Virus record (IMG/VR): IMGVR_UViG_3300029133_000019
Coordinates: 1 to 40,932 of that record
Source of the DNA: a virus
DNA length: 40,932 nucleotides
Direction: 5' to 3' (one strand)
In this document: in pieces, positions 32,127 to 39,488 of the stretch
Numbering within the stretch: the first letter of the stretch is position 1
How the letters are laid out: the number at the start of each line of letters is the position of its first letter
Notes under the pieces: model-generated
What the model was told of the DNA's origin: nothing
What the model saw: the letters and a program-made list of their open reading frames with translations, nothing else
Databases searched by the model: none
Program-made: the position numbers and the translations under genes

Positions 32127-32387
32127 CCGCCATTCCTTGTGCCGAAGTTCCTTATAATTTCGCCCCTTCTCCGTCAAGCGGAAATCGCTGTGGGCGTCGT
32201 TCACCCATTCGATACATTTACATTCGGCAAGGTATGCCAAAATGCCGGTATAATCTGAATAGCTGTGAATTTTCTTTTCATCAATAACGCCCATCCAAGC
32301 TATTACGTTGTATGTGTTGGAGTCCCCGAGCGGGGGATTGGCAATCAGGATATCCAGCACATATTTGGAATCTTTCGTTAATCTCAC
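32040..32387 (-). CDS. Winged-helix-like protein with C-terminal TM helix, co-transcribed with the repressor
   Basis: A GTGA overlap joins it to the repressor stop. The C-terminus AIGFFLGVCSALFVKFLTDLIW is hydrophobic. Confidence 0.45.
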   Translation of the reverse strand: MRLTKDSKYVLDILIANPPLGDSNTYNVIAWMGVIDEKKIHSYSDYTGILAYLAECKCIEWVNDAHSDFRLTEKGRNYKELRHKEWRSAIFHEAIGFFLGVCSALFVKFLTDLIW

Positions 32388-32773
32388 AATAAATTTATAG
32401 CCTCCTTGATAATGTTGGAAAGCTTACCGCACTGATCGTCGGACAGGCTATCAATTAAATCCAGAAGTTCCCGTTTTTCGGGGCTGACCTCGCCATTCGT
32501 GGCGGGGTCTTTTTTTATAGTCTCGTCACGTTCCATGGGGACGTCATATCCCATAAGCCACGTTTCGCTTACATTCAGTGCCAAGCCGAGGACGGTCAAC
32601 TTTTCCTGCCCCGGCTCAACCTTTCCGCTTACGTACTGGCTGAGATCGTTTTTCGCCAACTTAACACCGTATTTCTCGCAAAAAGGCTTTGCAGCTTCAA
32701 GAATATCAACCTGCCGAAGCGATCTTTCATTCATGATCTGCTTTAATCTCTCACTTGTGCTACTACTTTTCAT
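32384..32773 (-). CDS. CI-like XRE-family repressor (no S24 peptidase domain)
   Basis: The HTH reads LKQIMNERSLRQVDILEAA...LSQYVSG. GGAGGTG lies 6 nt upstream. The gene is divergent from the cro-like gene. The 129-aa length leaves no room for a LexA-type autocleavage domain. Confidence 0.75.
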   Translation of the reverse strand: MKSSSTSERLKQIMNERSLRQVDILEAAKPFCEKYGVKLAKNDLSQYVSGKVEPGQEKLTVLGLALNVSETWLMGYDVPMERDETIKKDPATNGEVSPEKRELLDLIDSLSDDQCGKLSNIIKEAINLL

Positions 32774-32795
32774 TTGTTACACCTCCGGTAACTGA

Positions 32796-32824
32796 ATAAT
32801 AGCACATCTTGAATTAAAGTTCAA
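32796..32824 (-). promoter_or_regulatory. Repressor promoter (-35 TTGAAC, 17 bp spacer, -10 TATTAT with TG extension)
   Basis: Read on the - strand. Operator O1 overlaps the -35 element and the spacer. Confidence 0.55.
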
Positions 32825-32825
32825 G
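32808..32825. promoter_or_regulatory. Operator-like palindrome O1 CTTGAA-N6-TTCAAG
   Basis: Perfect 6-bp inverted arms. Confidence 0.55.
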
Positions 32826-32841
32826 AACCAAATAAAAATAA

Positions 32842-32856
32842 TTCAAAACTTTTGAA
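32842..32856. promoter_or_regulatory. Operator-like palindrome O2 TTCAAAA-C-TTTTGAA
   Basis: Perfect 7-bp inverted arms. Confidence 0.5.
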
Positions 32857-32864
32857 CAAAGTGG

Positions 32865-32893
32865 TTGACAAATGGGAAATGATGGTGTATACT
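32865..32893 (+). promoter_or_regulatory. Early (PR-like) promoter: -35 TTGACA, 17 bp spacer, -10 TATACT
   Basis: A near-consensus sigma70 promoter 43 nt upstream of the cro-like ATG. Confidence 0.7.
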
Positions 32894-32900
32894 TAAGCCA

Positions 32901-32917
32901 GTTCAAGTGAATTGAAC
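32901..32917. promoter_or_regulatory. Operator-like palindrome O3 GTTCAA-N5-TTGAAC
   Basis: Perfect 6-bp inverted arms immediately downstream of the -10 element. Confidence 0.6.
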
Positions 32918-32935
32918 CGAAAGCGAGGTGAGAAT

Positions 32936-33145
32936 ATGCCGTACAATTATTCCAAACTGCTAGGCCGCATTGTTGAAAAGGTTGGTACGCAGAGCAGGTT
33001 TGCCGAAAGAATGGAAATGTCCGAACGCACCATTTCCTTAAAGCTTAATGGAAAAGTTGGCTGGAAGCAGACTGAGATAGCAAAAGCCTGTAACGTTCTC
33101 GATATTCGGGACGTTGAGATCCCCAATTATTTTTTTGCCTTATAA
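32936..33145 (+). CDS. Cro-like XRE/DUF739-type HTH regulator
   Basis: A GAGGTGAGAAT RBS is present. The HTH reads TQSRFAERMEMSERTISLKLNGK. The gene is divergent from the repressor. Confidence 0.7.
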   Translation: MPYNYSKLLGRIVEKVGTQSRFAERMEMSERTISLKLNGKVGWKQTEIAKACNVLDIRDVEIPNYFFAL

Positions 33146-33162
33146 GTTCAATTTAATTGAAC
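33146..33162. promoter_or_regulatory. Operator-like palindrome O4 GTTCAAT-TTA-ATTGAAC
   Basis: Perfect 7-bp inverted arms immediately after the cro-like stop. The half-site matches that of O3. Confidence 0.5.
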
Positions 33163-33214
33163 AATAGGCTGCACAAACAAGCCTAGCAAACCAGATAACG
33201 GGAGGGAGTTGCCG

Positions 33215-33340
33215 ATGGCGTCCAACACATTCACACATTTCACAGGGAAAACAAAACGGATTCAGACGCCGAAGCGAAAAAAGAAGCCAAAGCAAAAACG
33301 AGTTCACATGAACAAATACGAGCATTCGCGGAGGAGGTGA
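33215..33340 (+). CDS. Very basic 41-aa ORF (doubtful)
   Basis: GGGAGGGAG lies upstream. Hand translation gives MASNTFTHFTGKTKRIQTPKRKKKPKQKRVHMNKYEHSRRR. Confidence 0.25.
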   Translation: MASNTFTHFTGKTKRIQTPKRKKKPKQKRVHMNKYEHSRRR

Positions 33341-33348
33341 GGGCGCAA

Positions 33349-33489
33349 ATGGACGCATCCGTGATTCTTTCAATAATCGGAATCGCGCTTGCCTGCTATT
33401 CGCTGGGATACAGCGTCAGGGGGTTGGCGGAATCATCGAGAAAGCGAAATAATCAGCGAAGCGACACTGATAAGAATGGAAGCTGCTGA
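33349..33489 (+). CDS. Small TM peptide (46 aa)
   Basis: GGAGGAGGTGA lies 8 nt upstream. Hand translation gives MDASVILSIIGIALACYSLGYSVRGLAESSRKRNNQRSDTDKNGSC. Confidence 0.3.
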   Translation: MDASVILSIIGIALACYSLGYSVRGLAESSRKRNNQRSDTDKNGSC

Positions 33490-33624
33490 AAGAGTAACGT
33501 GGATAATTTCAAAACGGTTTTCTTTCATGTATTCTTTTCTATCTTGCTTCTGGGCTTCTCGCCGCTGAGCCTGAAACAGATCGTATACACTGATTTTGCC
33601 GTTATCCGCTTTCTTTTTGCGCAT
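33433..33624 (-). CDS. Small membrane protein (63 aa) with its own consensus promoter, antisense to the early operon
   Basis: A GGGTGGTG RBS is present. The sequence reads MRKKKADNGKISVYDLFQAQRREAQKQDRKEYMKENRFEIIHVTLSAASILISVASLIISLSR. Confidence 0.45.
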   Translation of the reverse strand: MRKKKADNGKISVYDLFQAQRREAQKQDRKEYMKENRFEIIHVTLSAASILISVASLIISLSR

Positions 33625-33646
33625 GTAATCACCACCCTTCTGGGTG

Positions 33647-33675
33647 ATTGTAGCACGGCAAAAACCATTTATCAA
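33647..33675 (-). promoter_or_regulatory. Near-consensus sigma70 promoter on the - strand (-35 TTGATA, 17 bp spacer, -10 TACAAT)
   Basis: Read on the - strand as TTGATAaatggtttttgccgtgcTACAAT. It lies about 22 nt upstream of the ATG at 33624. Confidence 0.6.
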
Positions 33676-33914
33676 TAGCCGAAACGGTCTGAAAAGACCG
33701 TCCGCCGGAACCGCCCACCCGGCGCTGATGATGGCAGGGCAAACACCGTGACAATATGAGCGCCCCCGCTTTTATGGCTCTGGGTATTGGGTATCCATCC
33801 CCATGTAAAAGGCACGACCACCCGGAAATTGCTCGACGGGGCTTGACGGTGAAGCAAATATCGGGGAGCTGGCATTCAGCTTGAATGAAAAATTTAGTAA
33901 AGGAGGAAATGAAA

Positions 33915-34061
33915 ATGCCTGAGAAAATCGTAACTGTTCTCGAAAATATCGCGGCCGTAAAAGGCCAGGACTACGTTGAGGGGCTGGTGGATATGGCGAA
34001 TATCCTTGCTCCCAAGGTAAAGCCCGCAGATAAAGAGAGCGAGGGGAAAGACAATGCCTAG
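33915..34061 (+). CDS. Small hypothetical protein (48 aa)
   Basis: AGGAGG lies 8 nt upstream. The ORF overlaps the next ATG. Confidence 0.35.
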   Translation: MPEKIVTVLENIAAVKGQDYVEGLVDMANILAPKVKPADKESEGKDNA

Positions 34062-34344
34062 AATCCGGCAGTATGCCGAGCGCTACGCAGTGGAGGATTT
34101 TTGGAAGGAAATCGACCGCTGCTGCCCCCTGGCGGGGATTCAGAGCGATAATGCGTCGGCGCTTGGGAAAAGAATCGGCGAGGGATACCAAAACCTGCTG
34201 AACTACCAAAAAGGAAAAACCGAAATGCGGGTAAGCGTCCTGCGAAAGCTGGTGACCACCCTCCACCCCAACCCGGCGGTGATTCTGAAAACCCTGGGGT
34301 ACTCTGAGAAGGAGATACGGGCGTTTGCAAGGGAATTGCAGTGA
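34054..34344 (+). CDS. Hypothetical protein (possible HTH)
   Basis: A 96-aa ORF. The segment ASALGKRIGEGYQNLLNYQKGK is HTH-like. Confidence 0.45.
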   Translation: MPRIRQYAERYAVEDFWKEIDRCCPLAGIQSDNASALGKRIGEGYQNLLNYQKGKTEMRVSVLRKLVTTLHPNPAVILKTLGYSEKEIRAFARELQ

Positions 34345-34391
34345 TTTGAAATCTACGGCAGAATGCCGAAATTGAAAGGATGGGCTAAATA

Positions 34392-34658
34392 ATGCGCAAA
34401 GCATTTTTGCTATTGATGCTTGTTTTCGGGTTTATTCTTGGGGCGTGCGCCACTACCGTGGCAAAAGCCGAACAGAATTACCCGATAAAGATTTGGGCGC
34501 AGAACTCAAACGGAAAGTACGAGACACTATGCGTTGTGGATGAAGCAACTGGCGTTAATTACATTGTTATAAGCGGCGAACTGTACCAAAAAGGAATCGG
34601 GCTTGGAGTTACCCCTAGGCTGAATAGTGATGGCAGCTTGTACGTAAGCGAAAAGTAA
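34392..34658 (+). CDS. Lipoprotein (DUF6440-like C-terminus)
   Basis: The signal peptide ends in a lipobox, LLMLVFGFILGAC. The C-terminus GVNYIVISG...GLGVTPRLNSDGSLY resembles DUF6440, recalled from memory. Confidence 0.55.
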   Translation: MRKAFLLLMLVFGFILGACATTVAKAEQNYPIKIWAQNSNGKYETLCVVDEATGVNYIVISGELYQKGIGLGVTPRLNSDGSLYVSEK

Positions 34659-34691
34659 TCCACATTTTATGAAAATTGAAAGGAGTTATTT

Positions 34692-35315
34692 ATGGCGAAA
34701 TACAAAGTTGGGGATAAGGTGCGGATTGTGAGCAAGAGGCCGCAGAAGAACTGGAACCCTTATATGGACAAGTATCTGGGAAAGACCATGACGATCATAA
34801 AATCCGGAATCAACGCTGAAGGAGTTTACTATTGCATGGAGGAGGATCGCGACGATTTTCTTGGGCATTGGTGCTGGTACGAAGACATGATCGCTGGTCT
34901 TGCAGAGCCTGGGCGGGAACCCTGCACCGTGGAACTCCGCTTTGACGGGATGATTACCACGGCCACGCTGAAACGGGGCGGGCGGGATGTGAAGACCGCA
35001 GAAGCCCGGTGCAATCCGAAGGATACCTACAGCAGAGCGGAGGGCGCAAAGGCCGCCGTTGGGCGGCTGTTTGAGAAGAAGCGCAAGGGGGAGGACAAGC
35101 CAAAGGAGAGCAAGCTGAAGGTGGGAGATAAGTTCGTGATTACCGGAAATCGCCCTGTCGGAAAATGCCACCACTATTTCAGAATCTGCGAAATCGTAAC
35201 GCTGGTTAATCCGGAAATATCCAGCAAGGGGGAGGGCAGGTTCAAAAATAGAGAGGGGCGGGAACAGTATGTTCGTATGGAGTGTGTCCGTCCCTACAAG
35301 GAGAAATCCAAATGA
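34692..35315 (+). CDS. Hypothetical protein with two SH3-like KVGDK segments
   Basis: Two related segments are present, KVGDKVRIV... and KVGDKFVIT... The central segment reads AEARCNPKDTYSRAEGAKAAVGRL. Confidence 0.5.
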   Translation: MAKYKVGDKVRIVSKRPQKNWNPYMDKYLGKTMTIIKSGINAEGVYYCMEEDRDDFLGHWCWYEDMIAGLAEPGREPCTVELRFDGMITTATLKRGGRDVKTAEARCNPKDTYSRAEGAKAAVGRLFEKKRKGEDKPKESKLKVGDKFVITGNRPVGKCHHYFRICEIVTLVNPEISSKGEGRFKNREGREQYVRMECVRPYKEKSK

Positions 35316-35491
35316 TGCCGAACGAGGTTGCCCAGCTTCGCACCATGGCGGAGATATTCCGCCGCTTGCGGGAGGAAAACGTCAAGTTGCGGGAATCCTT
35401 GGGCATGGAAACGAAGGAACGCAAGGCGTTTGACAATGAGAACGTGGAGCTTTTCTACGTAGTCCACCGAAATCATGCGGTCAGGGGGTGA
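35312..35491 (+). CDS. Small coiled-coil protein
   Basis: An ATGA overlap joins it to the upstream gene. Confidence 0.4.
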   Translation: MMPNEVAQLRTMAEIFRRLREENVKLRESLGMETKERKAFDNENVELFYVVHRNHAVRG

Positions 35492-35495
35492 GGAT

Positions 35496-35729
35496 ATGGC
35501 AAGCAGGAATAAACCCGTGGATGCCCGGTGGGAGCCGGTGCCGGAGAACCGGAAGCCGTTCAATGTTAAGGAATGTGTTTTCCGTGTTTGCCCCTATGCG
35601 GGGCTGAATCTGGTGCTTTTCTGGTGGCAGCAGGCGGATTTGCTGGCAGACAGGGCGGCAGTTCCGGCCATGTGGGTGTGCGCTATCCTGATGGGTGCCG
35701 GTATCGGACGTTGCATCAGAGGGAGATAA
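35496..35729 (+). CDS. Small membrane protein
   Basis: A GGGGGTGAGG RBS is present. Two hydrophobic segments are seen. Confidence 0.4.
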   Translation: MASRNKPVDARWEPVPENRKPFNVKECVFRVCPYAGLNLVLFWWQQADLLADRAAVPAMWVCAILMGAGIGRCIRGR

Positions 35730-35819
35730 AAAGCCGCCCCCGATGTTACAGCACCGGGGACGGCAAGCGATATAAAAACTCTTCCATTTACAGTATATCA
35801 AATGGAGAAAGGAAAGTCA

Positions 35820-36008
35820 ATGGATGATGTTGGTGTGAATCCGGATTACGATTATCTGTACGATTCCCAGGCAACGGACGAGAAAAGGCCGGTGTGCATC
35901 TGCTGCGGAAGAACCGTGGGGCACAAATACTGGAAAATCCGGGACGATGCCATTTGCGACCTCTGCATGGACAGCCGGGAGGAATGGCGGGAGATTTCCT
36001 ATGATTGA
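35820..36008 (+). CDS. Small Cys-rich protein
   Basis: Motifs CICCGRTVGH...CDLC are present. The start could instead be 35802. Confidence 0.4.
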   Translation: MDDVGVNPDYDYLYDSQATDEKRPVCICCGRTVGHKYWKIRDDAICDLCMDSREEWREISYD

Positions 36009-36016
36009 GGTGGATT

Positions 36017-36247
36017 ATGGCGGATAAAAAAAGCTGCCTGTGGTACGAGAAAGCCACGGCAAGCATTTATTTCCCGGAGGGGCATGTGTGCTGTGACCTC
36101 TGCCCGTGTATGGAAACATACGCCCGGAAGCAGTGCCGGTTGACCGGGGAGTATCTGCTGGATACAAGAGCGACAGTTGGGTATGAATGCCCGCTGGAAT
36201 TTAAGGAGGAAGACGATGGCAAGAATGTTTCGGTTTCTGACCGCTGA
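36017..36247 (+). CDS. Small Cys-rich protein
   Basis: A GAGGTGG RBS is present. Motifs CCDLCPC...C are seen. Confidence 0.4.
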   Translation: MADKKSCLWYEKATASIYFPEGHVCCDLCPCMETYARKQCRLTGEYLLDTRATVGYECPLEFKEEDDGKNVSVSDR

Positions 36248-36755
36248 CGAGATTGAGGTCAAGGTCAAGCAGGTCAAGGAAAATGGTCTGGTGTGTCTGC
36301 TGTACAAGACGGCAAGGACGGATATGGACTTGCTGGACGAGACGGTAGGCGCGGGCAACTGGACGAACGACTACAAGGAGATCAAGGGCAATCTCTACGC
36401 CGGTATCGGGATTATCCAGGAGAACGGCGGTATTCAATGGAAATGGGACTGCGGTATCGAAAGCCGCGAGGACGAGGAAGGCAACCAGAAAAAAGGCGAG
36501 GCAAGCGACGCCTTCAAGCGTGCCGGGTTCCGCTGGGGTATCGGAAGAGAACTGTATACGTCCCCGTTTGTATGGATTCCCAACAACAAGGCGGAGATCA
36601 AGGCATCGTCCTTCAACGGAAAGACCAGGTTCAACTGCTACGATAAGTTCAGCGTTGAGAAAATCGCCTATGACGAAAAGACCGGGCGGATCACCGGCCT
36701 TGCAATCCGCAATGACACAAAGAACCTTCGGGCGTTTGTGTGGCAGCAAGCATGA
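36216..36755 (+). CDS. Rad52/Sak-family single-strand annealing protein
   Basis: An AAGGAGGA RBS is present. The motif KGEASDAFKRAGFRWGIGRELY is the Rad52-like SSAP signature. Confidence 0.7.
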   Translation: MARMFRFLTADEIEVKVKQVKENGLVCLLYKTARTDMDLLDETVGAGNWTNDYKEIKGNLYAGIGIIQENGGIQWKWDCGIESREDEEGNQKKGEASDAFKRAGFRWGIGRELYTSPFVWIPNNKAEIKASSFNGKTRFNCYDKFSVEKIAYDEKTGRITGLAIRNDTKNLRAFVWQQA

Positions 36756-37279
36756 CGGAGCTTACATTCACCGAGGCAAAGCTTGAGGGCGGCTGGCTGA
36801 TGGTAAAGCCTTCCCGTTCCGAGCTGGGCAAGGCGATGGCCTTTATCCGGAAGATGAAGGACGCGCCCTACGACTTATCCCTAAAGGAGCATCGGGAAAA
36901 GCGGAGCCTGGACGCAAACGCCTATGCCTGGGTGCTGATTCACAAGCTTGCCGCCGCTATGGGGATTCCCCCGGTAGAGGTATACCGGAACGCCATTCGG
37001 GGCGTGGGAGACAATTACACGCCCATGTGCGTCCGGGAGCAGGATGTGGAGCGGTTCACACGGAGCTGGCAGAAAAACGGCCTTGGATGGCTGGTGGACA
37101 GCCTGGGCGCGTCTCAGGTGCCTGGGTGCCGGAACCTGGCGGCATACCACGGTTCCAGCACCTACGACACCAAACAGATGGCGCGGCTGATCGACAATCT
37201 GATACAGGACTGCAAGGCGCTGGACATTGAAACCCTGCCCCCGGACAAGCTGGAACTGCTCAAGGAGGAATGGCGTTGA
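36752..37279 (+). CDS. NinB/Orf-like recombination mediator (tentative)
   Basis: An ATGA overlap joins it to the upstream gene. KRSLDANAYAWVL and GSSTYDTKQMARLIDNLIQ resemble lambda NinB RSLDQNRKLWA / STSRM..EF..L. Confidence 0.4.
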   Translation: MTELTFTEAKLEGGWLMVKPSRSELGKAMAFIRKMKDAPYDLSLKEHREKRSLDANAYAWVLIHKLAAAMGIPPVEVYRNAIRGVGDNYTPMCVREQDVERFTRSWQKNGLGWLVDSLGASQVPGCRNLAAYHGSSTYDTKQMARLIDNLIQDCKALDIETLPPDKLELLKEEWR

Positions 37280-37605
37280 GGAAGGACACCAAAGCGAGGG
37301 ACTTCACCCGGGACGAGAAAATGGCGATTGCCCAGCGGGACAGCATTGACGGCTGGACGTGCTGCGTATTCTGCGGCGCTCCCGCCCCTGCCCCTCTGGC
37401 ATGGAGCAACGCCCACTACATATCCCGGGCGCAGGGAGGGCTTGGCATTGCCCAGAACGGGCTTACCCTCTGCCCCAGATGTCACAGTCGGTACGATCAA
37501 ACCACGGCGAGAATGGAAATGAGGGCGTATTTCCGGGAGTACCTGATGGGCATTTATCCCGGCTGGAACGAAAACGATCTGATTTACAGGAAGGAGAACA
37601 CATGA
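37270..37605 (+). CDS. HNH endonuclease-like protein
   Basis: The sequence CVFCGAP...NAHYISRAQGGLGIAQNGLTLCPRCHSRYD fits the HNH pattern C..C...H...N...C..CH. Confidence 0.6.
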   Translation: MALRKDTKARDFTRDEKMAIAQRDSIDGWTCCVFCGAPAPAPLAWSNAHYISRAQGGLGIAQNGLTLCPRCHSRYDQTTARMEMRAYFREYLMGIYPGWNENDLIYRKENT

Positions 37606-38063
37606 ATAATTGTCAATTTGTCGGGCGGCTCACCGCCGACCCGGAGCTGAGAAGAACCCAGGAGGGAACGGCGGTTTGCTCCTACAGCCTTGCCGTCAAG
37701 CGGCCGATGGCGAAAGACGTCACCGATTTTCTGGACTTCGTCACGTGGCGGCAGGGGGCTGAGTACCTGACGCAGTACGGCCATAAGGGCGACATCGTAG
37801 CCGTTTCCGGAGCGCTGCAAGCCAGGGACTGGACGGACAAGAACGGGAACAAGCGCCGGACGTTTGAGATAGTGACCACAAACGTTGAGCTGCTTTCCAG
37901 CAAGCGCAACTCGCAGGAGGCAGCTAATACCGGAACGGCACAAAACGCCGGATACGGGCAGCCCAGCGCCCCACAGCAGACGAACCGGGGCAACGGATAC
38001 AGTCAGCAGAGGCCCTGGGGATATCAGGAGATCACCGAAGACGACCCCGCCTTGCCGTTCTAG
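37602..38063 (+). CDS. ssb: Single-stranded DNA-binding protein
   Basis: The OB-fold N-terminus reads NNCQFVGRLTADPELRRTQEGTAVCSYSLAV. A Gly/Gln-rich linker and an acidic tip EDDPALPF follow. An AAGGAG RBS is present. Confidence 0.9.
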   Translation: MNNCQFVGRLTADPELRRTQEGTAVCSYSLAVKRPMAKDVTDFLDFVTWRQGAEYLTQYGHKGDIVAVSGALQARDWTDKNGNKRRTFEIVTTNVELLSSKRNSQEAANTGTAQNAGYGQPSAPQQTNRGNGYSQQRPWGYQEITEDDPALPF

Positions 38064-38167
38064 GCCGGAAAAATCAATCTTTACTTAAAAAGATTGACAG
38101 TACAGTTTGCATTTTCCCCTTGGCGGTGGGAGGTGAAACCGCCAACTCCAAAGGAAGGAGCGAAAAC

Positions 38168-38593
38168 GTGACGATTGAATTTACGATTCCCGGCGTTCCG
38201 CAAGGGAAGGAGCGCCCCCGCTTCACCCAGAACGGTGAGACATACACCCCAAAGAAAACGAAGGGCTATGAAAAGCTGGTGGCATGGGCATACCAGTGCG
38301 AAGCCCACGGGGCAAAGTTCACCGGCACTATCCGGGTTGACATTGCGGCAATCTACCCCGTTCCCCATTCGTGGAGCAAGCGCAGGCAGGCCGAAGCGAT
38401 TGACAACCGGATTCTTCCCATGGTGAAACCCGACTGGGACAACATAGGAAAGATTGTGTGTGATGCCCTGAACGGTATCGCCTACAAGGATGATGCAGCT
38501 ATCACAGACGCCACAGTCTGCAAGCGGTACGGCACCCGCCCATGCGTGGCGGTTCGTCTTACCGGAGAGGAGGCACCCCGTGACACAGTGTGA
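38168..38593 (+). CDS. rusA: RusA-family Holliday junction resolvase
   Basis: GTG start follows AAGGAAGGAG. The motifs are IPGVPQGKERPRF...KPDWDNIGKIVCDALNGIAYKDD. Confidence 0.8.
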   Translation: MTIEFTIPGVPQGKERPRFTQNGETYTPKKTKGYEKLVAWAYQCEAHGAKFTGTIRVDIAAIYPVPHSWSKRRQAEAIDNRILPMVKPDWDNIGKIVCDALNGIAYKDDAAITDATVCKRYGTRPCVAVRLTGEEAPRDTV

Positions 38594-38795
38594 GCGTATC
38601 CTGCGGCATTTGCAAGACTATGGGAGTATCACTCAGGCCGAGGCTGTTACCGAGTACGGCTGTTACCGTCTGGGCGCAAGGATCTGGGATTTGAAAGCTC
38701 AGGGCGTACCCATCAAGAGCGAAACCGTCACCGGGAAGAACCGATACGGGGAGCGGACGTGCTTCGCGCGGTACTCCATCATTAAAGAGGATTAG
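38580..38795 (+). CDS. Winged-helix DNA-binding protein
   Basis: GTG start follows GGAGAGGAGG. The sequence reads ILRHLQDYGSITQAEAVTEYGCYRLGARIWDLKAQG. Confidence 0.45.
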   Translation: MTQCERILRHLQDYGSITQAEAVTEYGCYRLGARIWDLKAQGVPIKSETVTGKNRYGERTCFARYSIIKED

Positions 38796-38798
38796 ATA

Positions 38799-39488
38799 AT
38801 GGCGATTGAATATTTCTGCGCTTATCACAGTTATCTGGACAGTATGGAGGAACTGAATGACACGGAGAGGGGGAGGCTTTTCACGGCTTGCCTAATCTAC
38901 AGCAAGACGGGCGAAGCACCGCAACTCCGTGGTAATGAAAGATTCGTATTTCCAACTTTGAAAGCACAGATAGACCGAGATAAGGCAACATACGACAGCC
39001 GGTGTAAGAAAAACTCCGATAACATCCGAAAACGATGGAATACGGACGTATACGACGGCGAACAACCGTGTACGAATGATACCAAGACAAAGGAAAAGGA
39101 AAAGGAAAAGACAAAGACAAAGGAAAAGGCAAAGGATAATATACCTCCTTCGGAGGTTTGCGGCGAGCTGCCGAGCAGCCCCCCGCCTGCGGCGGTGCTT
39201 CCGCTGGTTGACGGCACGGATTTTAAGATTTCCGTGGAGATGGTTGCCGAGTTGTCCGGTCTGTATCCCGCCGTGGATGTAGCCCAGCAGTTGCGGGGTA
39301 TGCGTGGCTGGCTACTGGCAAATCCCAAAAACAGGAAAACAAAAGCCGGGATCATGCGCTTTGTCAACTCCTGGCTCTCCCGGGAGCAGAATTCGGCTAG
39401 ACCTGCGGCAAACCAGAAGCAGGGCGGCTATACCAGCGGCGTTGACCGTCTGGCGGAGATGTACAGGGAGGAATTTGGAAATGGATAA
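38799..39488 (+). CDS. DUF6291-like / replisome-organizer-like replication protein
   Basis: The N-terminus YLDSMEELNDTERGRLFTACLIYSKTGE...LKAQIDRDK resembles DUF6291, recalled from memory. A KEKEKEKTKTKEKAK linker follows. The C-terminus reads MRGWLLANPKNRKTKAGIMRFVNSWL. Confidence 0.5.
   Translation: MAIEYFCAYHSYLDSMEELNDTERGRLFTACLIYSKTGEAPQLRGNERFVFPTLKAQIDRDKATYDSRCKKNSDNIRKRWNTDVYDGEQPCTNDTKTKEKEKEKTKTKEKAKDNIPPSEVCGELPSSPPPAAVLPLVDGTDFKISVEMVAELSGLYPAVDVAQQLRGMRGWLLANPKNRKTKAGIMRFVNSWLSREQNSARPAANQKQGGYTSGVDRLAEMYREEFGNG

Noticed and set aside
37359-37601. N-terminal extension of the SSB ORF (track ORF 37359..38063)
   Set aside because: The extension overlaps the HNH gene in another frame and has no SSB-like sequence. 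AAGGAG followed by ATG at 37602 gives the canonical OB-fold N-terminus.
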